From Aurantimicrobium sp. (GTDB lineage: Bacteria > Actinomycetota > Actinomycetes > Actinomycetales > Microbacteriaceae): 64,000 nt of DNA. The notes under the pieces were generated by a model. It had not been told where the DNA came from and searched no databases. It was given only the letters and a program-made list of their open reading frames with translations. The position numbers and the translations under genes were made by a program. The stretch is taken from positions 6,099 through 70,098 of the forward strand of contig NZ_JAVWTF010000003.1 in assembly GCF_036667855.1 (NCBI RefSeq), read 5' to 3'. The stretch's first letter is position 1, and the number at the start of each line of letters is the position of its first letter. Below, one piece after another: positions 8,558 through 17,059 of the stretch.

Positions 8558-11353
8558 ATGGAAGAAACAGGGGACTATTCGGTACATGCCGCAAGGCAGT
8601 TCGCGGAGAAATACAAGACCGCAACTTCCGAAAAAAGCCTCGCACAGTCCTTTTGGCGGGACTTCTTTCACCTGGTTTTCGGTATTGACGACCTTCTCGG
8701 CTCGGGTATCGAGTTTGAGCACCCCGTCCGTTCAGCGAGTACTGGTCAGACGAACTTTATTGACGTTTTTTGGTCTGGGGTTGTTCTTATAGAACACAAG
8801 TCCGCAGGTAAAGACCTTGACCTTGCGGAAAAGCAAGCTCGGGACTACTTGGTTTCGCTTGCCCCAGTTGCCAGACCTCCTGCGTTGGTCATTTGCGACT
8901 TCGCTCACTTCCGTATCGTCGAGGTTCTCGCGGGACAAACTATTGAGTTCCCTCTTGCCGAACTTCCTGACCACCTTCACCGTTTCGCAAGCATTTTCGG
9001 AGATAAGGCAAACGCTGCTGCTCGCCCAGAAGTATCAGCTGACGCCAAAGCAGCGGAGCTCATGTCGGAGCTCTATGTGGAGTTCGAAAAAGCTGGCTAT
9101 ACGGGACACCAGGTTTCGGTCTTCCTTGTTCGTGTTTTATTTCTGAACTTTGGCGACGATACGCGAATGTGGAAGCGAATAGGTCATGGCCTCTTTGCAA
9201 CGGTTGTTGAGAACTCTCCCGAAAGCGGTTCGGGACTTGGTGCAACCATTCAGGAGCTCTTCCAGGTACTTGATACTCCGAAAGATACGCGTCCCAAGAC
9301 GCTGTCTGCTGAACTCGAAGACTTCCCATATGTGAATGGTGGGCTATTTACAGAGCAGTTGCCTGTTTTCTCATTTACTCCTGCCATGCGACTGTCTCTC
9401 CTCAACGCCGCTTATTACGACTGGTCAAAAATAAGTCCCGCTATTTTCGGATCTATGTTCCAGACGGTAAAAAGCAAGGAAGACCGCAGGGAACTCGGAG
9501 AGCACTACACGAGTGAAGCAAACATTCTTAAAGTTATTCGTCCCCTTTTCTTGGACGACTACTTGGACAAACTTCATAAAGCGTGGGACAACGCTGCTGC
9601 TCTCAAACGCCTTCGCCTGGAACTGGGGCAGGCGAACTATCTTGACCCCGCAGCTGGTTCTGGAAACTTCCTCGTCGTTTCATATAAACGCCTTCGAGAA
9701 ATAGAACTTAAAATCCTTGCTCGCCTTCACGAGCTCGAAAACACCTTCGGTCAGCTCCAACTTGACGGAAGTTTTGGCTTACAGGTCAGGCTTTCCCAGT
9801 TCCACGCTATTGAGTATGAGGAATGGTCTTCTCAAATAGCCAGAGTTGCCATGTTCTTGGCTGACCACCAAGCGAACCTTGCGTTGGAAGAAATAACAGG
9901 AGCAACTCCAAACCGCTTCCCGCTAACGGAGAGTGCGGTCATTCGTCATGGGAATGCTCTGACGACGGACTGGTCAGAAGTTTGTCCCATGAATGAGAAC
10001 ACTTTCATAATGGGCAACCCGCCGTTTTATGGTTCGTCGCTCCAAAATGCAGAGCAAAAGTCTGAAACCCAAGCAGTTTGGAAGGCTATTGCTGGTGCGG
10101 GCACTCTGGACTATGTCGCAAACTGGTTCTTACTTGCCGCCCAGCACTCGGCAAAGTCTGGTGCAAGAGCTGCCTTCGTTTCGACTAACTCAATAACGCA
10201 AGGAGAGCAGCCCGCAGTTATCTGGGGACAGCTGTACCCGCTTGGTGTAGGTATTGACTTCGCTCATAGAACTTTCGCTTGGGACAACGACGCCAGCGGC
10301 AAAGCAGCAGTCCATGTCGTCATAGTCGGGCTGTCTGCGAAGCCAAAACCGAACAAGCGTCCTTTGTGGGTTTATAAGTCCGTAAAAGACACTCCTGAAC
10401 TACTTAACGCCAGCAATATCAACGGCTATTTATTGGACGCTCCTAACATTTTGGTCAGCTCCCGCACAAACCCGCTTCGCCCTGAAACTCAAAAAATGGA
10501 GAAGGGCAACATTCCCACAGACGGTGGCTATCTCTCAAACATTTCCGCAGAGGAAGCGTTTGAGATCCGAAACACCGACCCTGTTGCCGCAAAGTATCTT
10601 CGCAGGCTTATTGGTGCTCGCGAGTTAATCCACAACGAGGAACGATACTGTTTGTGGCTTTTAGGTGCTGACCCGCAAGACTTAAGAACTTCTACGACTT
10701 TGGCTTCACGAATAAAAGAGGTTCGTCTTCTTCGTGAAGCCTCTCCAAAGAAAATGACGCAGAAGGACGCCAACCGTCCAGCGGAGTTCCAGGAAATCCG
10801 TCAGCCCAAAACTGACTACATAGTCGTACCGCTTCACTCTTCGGAGGACAGGGAGTATGTCCCTATCGGCAGAATGAGCCCAGAAGTTATTGTCAATAAT
10901 GCTGTGGCTATTGTTGCTGACGGCAGTCTGACAACTTTCGGGCTGCTCATGTCCAAACCCTTTAACGTTTGGAATAAAGCAGTTTCGGGAAGGCTCGAAA
11001 GTCGAGTTCGTATTAGCAACACCATTACTTATAACAACTTCCCTTTCCCAGAAATAACCGAAGCTAACCGTGAAAAAGTCGTGCAGGCTGCCCAAGCTGT
11101 ACTCGACGCAAGAGCGAAGTACCCCTCGAACTCTCTCGCTGACCTTTACAACCGCGACGGTATGCCTGGCGAACTTCGCCAAGCACACAACAAACTCGAC
11201 GCGGCTGTTCTGACTGTTTTAGGTCTAAAAGCTGACGCAAGTGAAGAGCGTATTCTTGCCAGGCTCTTTGAGCTCTATGACGAGCTCACTCGGGGTCTGC
11301 TTGACGCTCAACCAGTCAAGAAGACCCGCAAGAAGCCCGAGATATTGGCGTAA
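8558..11353 (+). CDS. MmeI-family type IIL (IIG) restriction-modification enzyme: fused endonuclease, N6A methyltransferase and target recognition domain
   Basis: Motif-by-motif resemblance to MmeI as I recall it. Examples: FIDVFWSGVVLIEHKSAGKDL (D-X9-EXK nuclease), FLVRVLFLNFGDDT, WSKISPAIFGSMFQ, LGEHYTSEANILKVIRPLF, LDPAAGSGNFLV (motif I), MGNPPFYG (motif IV), FVSTNSITQGEQ, FAHRTFAW, RYCLWL, GRLESRVRIS. Start ATG 8558 preferred over GTG 8528. Confidence 0.9.
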   Translation: MEETGDYSVHAARQFAEKYKTATSEKSLAQSFWRDFFHLVFGIDDLLGSGIEFEHPVRSASTGQTNFIDVFWSGVVLIEHKSAGKDLDLAEKQARDYLVSLAPVARPPALVICDFAHFRIVEVLAGQTIEFPLAELPDHLHRFASIFGDKANAAARPEVSADAKAAELMSELYVEFEKAGYTGHQVSVFLVRVLFLNFGDDTRMWKRIGHGLFATVVENSPESGSGLGATIQELFQVLDTPKDTRPKTLSAELEDFPYVNGGLFTEQLPVFSFTPAMRLSLLNAAYYDWSKISPAIFGSMFQTVKSKEDRRELGEHYTSEANILKVIRPLFLDDYLDKLHKAWDNAAALKRLRLELGQANYLDPAAGSGNFLVVSYKRLREIELKILARLHELENTFGQLQLDGSFGLQVRLSQFHAIEYEEWSSQIARVAMFLADHQANLALEEITGATPNRFPLTESAVIRHGNALTTDWSEVCPMNENTFIMGNPPFYGSSLQNAEQKSETQAVWKAIAGAGTLDYVANWFLLAAQHSAKSGARAAFVSTNSITQGEQPAVIWGQLYPLGVGIDFAHRTFAWDNDASGKAAVHVVIVGLSAKPKPNKRPLWVYKSVKDTPELLNASNINGYLLDAPNILVSSRTNPLRPETQKMEKGNIPTDGGYLSNISAEEAFEIRNTDPVAAKYLRRLIGARELIHNEERYCLWLLGADPQDLRTSTTLASRIKEVRLLREASPKKMTQKDANRPAEFQEIRQPKTDYIVVPLHSSEDREYVPIGRMSPEVIVNNAVAIVADGSLTTFGLLMSKPFNVWNKAVSGRLESRVRISNTITYNNFPFPEITEANREKVVQAAQAVLDARAKYPSNSLADLYNRDGMPGELRQAHNKLDAAVLTVLGLKADASEERILARLFELYDELTRGLLDAQPVKKTRKKPEILA

Positions 11354-11367
11354 TAAATAGGCGTAAT
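11344..11367 (+). repeat. Two further copies of the 11-bp arm-type motif (right arm)
   Basis: attggcgtaat 11344-11354 (spans the MmeI-like stop codon) and ataggcgtaat 11357-11367, in the same orientation as the left-arm copies. Confidence 0.8.
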
Positions 11368-11414
11368 ATGACAAACTCAACCCTACTTCCTTTGTTTTAG
11401 GCGGTATCAGGGTA

Positions 11415-11439
11415 AGAGTTGGATTTAGATAGGCTCCAC
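11415..11439 (+). repeat. attR: degenerate copy of the tRNA-Ala 3' end ending in the core taggctccac
   Basis: 19/25 identity to 3540-3564; the last 10 nt are identical. Confidence 0.75.
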
Positions 11440-11445
11440 AACAAG

Positions 11446-11479
11446 AAACACCCGCCAGAAATGGCGGGTGTTTTGTTTT
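11446..11479. terminator. Bidirectional rho-independent terminator
   Basis: aaacacccgcc-agaaat-ggcgggtgttt followed by tgtttt; lies between convergent genes. Near-identical copy at 16507-16544. Confidence 0.8.
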
Positions 11480-11485
11480 CAAGCC

Positions 11486-12244
11486 TTACAAGTCTTCGAT
11501 TTTTGCGCTGATGACTAGTTTGTCAATGTATGCATCAAGCAATGTTGAACTTTGAACCATCTTCTCCTTCGAGGTGATGTCCCCTTGACCGCCAGCAGCG
11601 CCGGTCATCCACAGGGTTGGACCAACAAGAGCCCATTGAAGCCGGGCTGCAGTGGGCATTATGTCTTTGAGTTCTCCCTCAAGAAGCGCAACTGGAAGGT
11701 CAGAAATCTCCAGAGTGAAGGGGCTCATGTTGCCAGTTCGAAAATCCCTGATCAAAACCGCGGATACAGCGACGCCATAGGCAACGGCATCGGCAAGACG
11801 CTCTGGGAATTTTTCAGCAAGGATACGTTCAACGTTTTCTGAAACGTGGGGAAGGTGTGCAAGCCCAATGACGGAGCCATACGTTACTGCACGTTGAACC
11901 TGTGCCTTGATTACTGCTCGAAATCGCTCTTCAGGGTCGCTGTATTCCTGGCTGAGTGCTTGTCGAATACAGTCAATCCAGATGTCGTGTGCCTTGACGA
12001 ATACTTCAGCAAGCAATCCGTCGAAAGAGCCAAAGTGGTAGGTAACCAGCGAATAGTCAACGCCCAGAAGATCACACAAAGATCGCGCGTTGACGTCAAG
12101 AATTCCTCTACGAGAAATTTCAGACATCGCAAGGGCTACTAGCTTTCCCCGATTGTCTGAGTTTTCATCCAGCCCATATAGTGCCCAAAACTGCGCATCG
12201 AGGGGCGCAGAGGCTGTAGCTGAATTCTTTTTTGTTCTACTCAT
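11486..12244 (-). CDS. TetR/AcrR-family transcriptional regulator
   Basis: N-terminal HTH LVALAMSEISRRGILDVNARSLCDLLGVDYSLVTYHFGSFDGLL with an all-helical C-terminal part. Confidence 0.8.
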   Translation of the reverse strand: MSRTKKNSATASAPLDAQFWALYGLDENSDNRGKLVALAMSEISRRGILDVNARSLCDLLGVDYSLVTYHFGSFDGLLAEVFVKAHDIWIDCIRQALSQEYSDPEERFRAVIKAQVQRAVTYGSVIGLAHLPHVSENVERILAEKFPERLADAVAYGVAVSAVLIRDFRTGNMSPFTLEISDLPVALLEGELKDIMPTAARLQWALVGPTLWMTGAAGGQGDITSKEKMVQSSTLLDAYIDKLVISAKIEDL

Positions 12245-12314
12245 AAAATCACTTCCCCCGCATTTAGATTACTTGGGTTTTGAAGTAATAAACGCCTGAA
12301 ATTATGCGGAAAAA

Positions 12315-12338
12315 GACTCTATTCCATAGAATAGAGTC
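12315..12338. promoter_or_regulatory. Perfect 10-4-10 palindrome, candidate TetR operator
   Basis: gactctattc-cata-gaatagagtc in the divergent tetR/surface-protein intergenic region. A second small palindrome acgcaa-a-ttgcgt lies about 12388-12400. Confidence 0.6.
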
Positions 12339-12418
12339 GCTCATTTTGGTTTGCTGTATCCCCCTTGTTTTTCAACGCTTTTGAGCTACGCAAATTGCGT
12401 CAACAGGAGTAGATAAAA

Positions 12419-15400
12419 ATGAAAGTGCGGAAAATCAAACGCACATCAGCGATGACAAAGAAGCTATATTCACTCATAGCAGTGGTTGCACTGATTATCA
12501 GTACCTTCGCACTTGAGGTGACCCCAAGCCCAGCTTCAGCTGCTGATTATGAAGCATCTCTTAACACAGCTACCCCACTGACTGGATATAGTGTCAGCTC
12601 GTCAATCACGGGAAATGTTCGGGTTCTCATTAGAAGCAGCAATTCATCAGGCAGTCTCTCTGTTACTAGCTATGCAGGCCTTGTGGGAATCAGAAACACA
12701 ATCAACTACACAACGACCTCAGGTAATCAAACTTTAGGAACTGCAGCACAAATGATTGGCCTTGTTGGAACAGCGTCAAACATTAACACTGCCTTATCAA
12801 CATTGCAATACATTTCCCCAACACCAGGGACCGACACTATTACAATGTGGGTCTCTAACGGTTCTGAGTACATTCCAATCGTCAACGGAAACAATGTTGA
12901 ATTTCACTACTATTCGGCACAGACAAATGCCCTATCAGTCCCTGCTGCAAGGACAGCTGCTGCTGCAGTAGGGCAGATTGACGGTCAGCCCGCAACCACC
13001 TTTTTGGCGACGTTGAGATATTCCTTCGAGGACCTTTACGGAATGCAATTAGTGGCAGCACAAAACCTTCAAACTTGGATTAGCGCAGAGGATGTTGTTG
13101 AAGGTGTTTGGAAATGGGTTGGACCAGATGCTGATGGTGTCCAATTTTGGAGCGGGGATTCAAATGGCGCAGCTGTAAATGGCGAATATTGGAACTGGCA
13201 ACGAACGGCACCCAATACAGGGCTTATTAAGCCCGCGACTTCCACCATACGAAACTGCGCGATGCTTCTTGGGAACAACACTTGGGGACTGGTCCGGAGG
13301 GCTGATGGTGGCGGATGGTATGGATGGCACGATGGCCAGTGCCCTACTGGTAATTCATGGCTATTAGAAGCAATGACCTTTGATAAACCTGCGGGGCAAA
13401 ATACAAATGTTTCGGCTGCTCTGTATTCAATGACTCCCTTAGTGAAAACGGTTGTCGTTGCTACCCCACCCGATCAGCCAAACGCACTCAATGCAATTGC
13501 AAATTCAAGTGGTGACGTTGAACTCTCGTGGAGTGCACCAATAAACACAGGCTCAGATCCGCTAACCGATTACAAAGTTCAGTACTCGCAGTCATCCACT
13601 TTTGCTTCAGGTATTACTACCTGGAGCCACACTGCATCCACACAGACTTCGGCGACGATTACAGGACTAACAGCAGGAACAACTTATTACTTCCGCGTAG
13701 CTGCAGTGTCGACAATGACCGGTGCCTACAGTTCATCAAGTACCCTTACGCTTCCTCGTCTCCCGAGTGCACCTCAGTCACTAACCGTTACGCCCACTGA
13801 CCAGACCATTGATCTTTCTTGGACTGCTCCTAGCGACAACGGTGGCTCAACAATTACCGGCTACAAGGTCGAGTACAAAGCATCCTCTTCAGGAACGTGG
13901 ATCACCGCTAGTTCTAATGTTGTTGGAACGAGTTATCAGCTCACCTCGCTGACGAATGGAACAAACTACGACGTACGAGTCAGTGCGACAAATGGTTTCT
14001 GGGGAGCTCTCGCAACATCGAACGCCAACATGCCCTTCGGTGCAGTTTCGAATACCTCTGTTCCAACAGTTGGTGGCGCAAATGCTGCAGGTGAAATTCT
14101 CACTGGATCTGATGGAAGCTGGGATACAAACGGTTCTGCAGTTACAAGTACTACCTACCAATGGCAGTCTCGCTCGAATCCTTCGGACTCTTGGTCAAAC
14201 ATTTCTGGCGCGAACAGCTCAACTTATGTTCTAACCAGCAATGACGTAGGAAAGTACCTCAGACTTCAGGTATCCAAGACGAACGGTGCAAACAGCAACG
14301 CTTATATAACTGCATCTAGTTCCACAACCTCTGTAATTCAGACTGGTCTTGCATCAACACCAGGCAGCCTGAGTGCTGTTTATGGAAACCAATCAGCACA
14401 GGTGTCGTGGACTATCCCAGCAAGCAATGGTGGAACTATTTCCGGATTCCGAGTTGAGTACTCGACTGATGGAGATAACTGGACTTTGAGCCAACTTGTT
14501 TCTGCATCTGCAACTTCTCACACCATTACTGGCCTTACCAACGGAACAAGCTACTTTGTTCGCGTGACTGGTGTCACTGCTGCAGGTAATGGTGCATATG
14601 CCATCTCTGGCGATGCAGTTATTCCTGCGACTACTCCAACTAACACCTCAGTACCTACGGTGAGTGGCCAAAGCTCTTATGGTTCTGTGCTTTCAGCAAG
14701 TGCGGGCTCTTGGAACGCCAACGGTCGAGCTTTGGGTGCCGCGAACTACCAGTGGCAGTACTCAACAGATTCCGGATCAACCTGGAACGATTTGGTTGGT
14801 GAAACTAGTGATCAGCTCACTATCAACGGCAACATCGGTGCACTTCTTCGTATAAAGGTAACTCGTTCAAACGCAGTCGGCGCAACGATTGGCTATTCAA
14901 CTGCCACAACAGCTGTTACTGCATCGCCAGCCACAGGCCCACAGAGCGTTTCTGTAGTTCCTGGCGATCAAGGACTCACCGTAACTTGGTCAGCCCCCTC
15001 CAACACCGGTGGTGTTTCACTTACTGACTACCAAATCCAATATTCAACTGATGCTGTCACGTGGAACACGGTTTCAAGAACCGCATCGCTCACGACCAGC
15101 CAGCAGATCTCAAGCTTGACTAATGGAACAAGCTACTACGTACGAGTTCGTGCGTTGAATGGATTGAATGGTGCTTGGGCATTCTCAGGAACAACACAAG
15201 CTCCTCGCGGGTTGCCCATCGTTGTGACCGCTCCAACAATTTCAGGCACCAGTTCGTATCAGCAATTGCTCACCACAAACATCGGGACATGGAACAGTAA
15301 CGGCGCATCCATCACGAACACCACGTACCAGTGGCAGAGCTCCGTAGATGGAAACACATGGGTGGACATTGCTGGTGCTACGACAAACGAGTACCGAGTC

Positions 15401-16504
15401 ACCACCGCAATTGGCAACCGCATCCGTTTGAAAGTTACCCAGACTAACGCTGTGGGTTCTACCGAATCAATCACAAGTGCAACTAACGCTGTTGCTGCTG
15501 TGAACGCAGCAGCACCGGCAGTTGTACTGCGCGATACAGGTGACTCACAATTCACCGTTCGTTGGTCTGCACCATCTCACAATGGTGGGGTGGCTCTCAC
15601 GGGTTACACAGTTGATTATTCAACCGATCAGACAACATGGACCAGCGTTAATGCTGCAAGTTCTGCAACTGAAGCTCTTGTAACCGGTGCCACAAACGGT
15701 CAGACCTACTATGTACGTGTTCGCGCAGAAACCGATCGTCATGGTGAATGGTCAACTGTTCTTGGCCCGATTAGGCCGGCAGCTCCGGTGGTTCCCGTAG
15801 TCTCAACTGGACCTGTTCGAACCATTACGAGCAGTCCAGTAGTCACAGTGAGGCAAGTTCCAGCAAACCCTCTTGCTATTACGGACTGGTCAATCCTTCA
15901 GAACGTCATGCCAGTTCCGGTTGCCGCAGGATCAATCGCAAATACACCTGCTCAAGTGACGGCAGACGGGCGGATCGAACTACAGCCATCGACCTCAATT
16001 ATTTTGGTCAATGGCCAGGCGGCCCCCGACGCTGTTCTCACAGAGCAGGGCTCAACTGCAGTTGCCCAAAACGGTTCAACTCAATTCAACCTAGTTTTTG
16101 CATCAAATGCAGGCTTGGCTCAGCTCGGTGACGTGATCAACTTCTCTGGCGCTGGCTTCACGCCTGGCAGCCCGATTGTTGTCTGGATTCAATCCACTCC
16201 AACAAAGCTCAAGGAAGAAGTCACAGATTCGTCCGGAAGTAAATCGACTCAGTTCAAGATTCCTTCCAGCTTGACTCCAGGACAACACACTCTTCAGATC
16301 AACGGTGTTGATGCTGAAGGAAACGTTGTGAGCTTTGCATATGGAATCACGGTAGAGGACCCGACCAAATTAGCGGCAGATAGTCCAGGTAACAGTAGTA
16401 CTCAAATGAGCTCTTCTGTGTTGCTCATTAGCTTTTCGCTGCTGGGACTGCTCGCGTTGCTCGTGGCGATTTTGTGGCTAAGACGAGCTCGACGAAGTCA
16501 ATAA
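12419..16504 (+). CDS. Giant secreted, membrane-anchored surface protein: signal peptide, C-type-lectin-like domain, five FN3 domains alternating with three YQWQ-type Ig-like repeats, C-terminal TM anchor
   Basis: - Signal peptide: LIAVVALIISTFALEV..ASAAD.
- Lectin-like region: WKWVG..WSGDSNG..YWNWQ..NCAMLL..WHDGQC.
- FN3 signatures: LSWSAP..GG..ITGY.V.Y...YY.RV.
- C-terminus: LLISFSLLGLLALLVAILWLRRARRSQ. Confidence 0.85.
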   Translation: MKVRKIKRTSAMTKKLYSLIAVVALIISTFALEVTPSPASAADYEASLNTATPLTGYSVSSSITGNVRVLIRSSNSSGSLSVTSYAGLVGIRNTINYTTTSGNQTLGTAAQMIGLVGTASNINTALSTLQYISPTPGTDTITMWVSNGSEYIPIVNGNNVEFHYYSAQTNALSVPAARTAAAAVGQIDGQPATTFLATLRYSFEDLYGMQLVAAQNLQTWISAEDVVEGVWKWVGPDADGVQFWSGDSNGAAVNGEYWNWQRTAPNTGLIKPATSTIRNCAMLLGNNTWGLVRRADGGGWYGWHDGQCPTGNSWLLEAMTFDKPAGQNTNVSAALYSMTPLVKTVVVATPPDQPNALNAIANSSGDVELSWSAPINTGSDPLTDYKVQYSQSSTFASGITTWSHTASTQTSATITGLTAGTTYYFRVAAVSTMTGAYSSSSTLTLPRLPSAPQSLTVTPTDQTIDLSWTAPSDNGGSTITGYKVEYKASSSGTWITASSNVVGTSYQLTSLTNGTNYDVRVSATNGFWGALATSNANMPFGAVSNTSVPTVGGANAAGEILTGSDGSWDTNGSAVTSTTYQWQSRSNPSDSWSNISGANSSTYVLTSNDVGKYLRLQVSKTNGANSNAYITASSSTTSVIQTGLASTPGSLSAVYGNQSAQVSWTIPASNGGTISGFRVEYSTDGDNWTLSQLVSASATSHTITGLTNGTSYFVRVTGVTAAGNGAYAISGDAVIPATTPTNTSVPTVSGQSSYGSVLSASAGSWNANGRALGAANYQWQYSTDSGSTWNDLVGETSDQLTINGNIGALLRIKVTRSNAVGATIGYSTATTAVTASPATGPQSVSVVPGDQGLTVTWSAPSNTGGVSLTDYQIQYSTDAVTWNTVSRTASLTTSQQISSLTNGTSYYVRVRALNGLNGAWAFSGTTQAPRGLPIVVTAPTISGTSSYQQLLTTNIGTWNSNGASITNTTYQWQSSVDGNTWVDIAGATTNEYRVTTAIGNRIRLKVTQTNAVGSTESITSATNAVAAVNAAAPAVVLRDTGDSQFTVRWSAPSHNGGVALTGYTVDYSTDQTTWTSVNAASSATEALVTGATNGQTYYVRVRAETDRHGEWSTVLGPIRPAAPVVPVVSTGPVRTITSSPVVTVRQVPANPLAITDWSILQNVMPVPVAAGSIANTPAQVTADGRIELQPSTSIILVNGQAAPDAVLTEQGSTAVAQNGSTQFNLVFASNAGLAQLGDVINFSGAGFTPGSPIVVWIQSTPTKLKEEVTDSSGSKSTQFKIPSSLTPGQHTLQINGVDAEGNVVSFAYGITVEDPTKLAADSPGNSSTQMSSSVLLISFSLLGLLALLVAILWLRRARRSQ
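13463..15763 (+). repeat. Intragenic modular repeat region (FN3 x5 interleaved with about 90-aa YQWQ repeats x3)
   Basis: Repeat units at about aa 349-445, 446-540, 544-640, 645-735, 741-832, 836-928, 934-1025 and 1030-1118 of the 1361-aa protein. Confidence 0.8.
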
Positions 16505-16506
16505 TT

Positions 16507-16544
16507 GAAACTCCCGCCAGGAATGGCGGGTGTTTTCTTCTTTT
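16507..16544 (+). terminator. Rho-independent terminator, 31/36 identical to the one at 11445-11480
   Basis: gaaactcccgcc-aggaat-ggcgggtgtttt followed by cttctttt. Confidence 0.8.
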
Positions 16545-16600
16545 CCAACTCTTGTCGCTATTTGATTAATGTGCAAGATTGTAGTCGGGGGCATATTGAA

Positions 16601-17059
16601 ATGATTACGGAATATCGCTCTATTGAGCAGGATAGAAATTTCTGGAGAGGGCTCTCCGAAATTTTTATGGCTTTTGGAAAATTTCTTGCACGCTACAAAG
16701 GCCAATTTGGTTTGCTTCTTTTGTTCTTGTCATTGTCATTCTTTATGCCCATATTCATGGGGGTATTTTTCGTGGCGATCGGGGCCCTAGTTTCAAGAGC
16801 ATTATTTGACCAGGGAAGAACGGAACTGAGCCTTAAGAAGTTAATGTTTATTGGGGGAAGCCTCGTTGTTTTAGCTTTCACAATTTGGGCGCTCATATAT
16901 TTCACACCCTCCCTCAACACCGACTGGGAAACTGATGGGCCATATGACGGCCTGATCATTGCGATGATGGGGATTGCGTTTATTGCAGTTCTTTTGTTTT
17001 TGCCATTGGTTGGGTACTTGGCAGATCGCTATTTCCGAACGAAATCTACAAAGAATTAG
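16601..17059 (+). CDS. Hypothetical multi-pass membrane protein
   Basis: Several hydrophobic helices. The ORF-track start 16505 would include the terminator hairpin, so the ATG at 16601 is preferred. Confidence 0.5.
   Translation: MITEYRSIEQDRNFWRGLSEIFMAFGKFLARYKGQFGLLLLFLSLSFFMPIFMGVFFVAIGALVSRALFDQGRTELSLKKLMFIGGSLVVLAFTIWALIYFTPSLNTDWETDGPYDGLIIAMMGIAFIAVLLFLPLVGYLADRYFRTKSTKN

Larger units (their letters stand above)
3555..11439. mobile_element. Integrative element inserted in the 3' end of tRNA-Ala (integrase, RCR Rep, Xis-like gene, ORFans, MmeI-like RM cargo)
   Basis: Core repeat taggctccac at 3555-3564 and 11430-11439. 11415-11439 is a 19/25 copy of the tRNA 3' end 3540-3564. Five 11-bp arm-type repeats lie at both ends. 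The integrase sits next to the tRNA. Hand-counted lines are AT-richer than the flanks. Confidence 0.85.

Noticed and set aside
3555-11439. Filamentous (inovirus-like) prophage, suggested by RCR Rep plus integrase plus small ORFs
   Set aside because: - There is no Zot-like assembly ATPase.
- There are no small TM coat proteins.
- The largest gene is an RM enzyme.
16370-16504. LPXTG/LAXTG sortase sorting signal in the giant surface protein
   Set aside because: - The hydrophobic segment and basic tail are present, but no LPXTG or LAXTG is.
- The closest match, LAADS, has the wrong residues and spacing.
- Not called as a sortase substrate.
16505-16600. ORF-track start of the membrane protein at 16505
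   Set aside because: It would translate through the terminator hairpin at 16507-16544. The internal ATG at 16601 is preferred.
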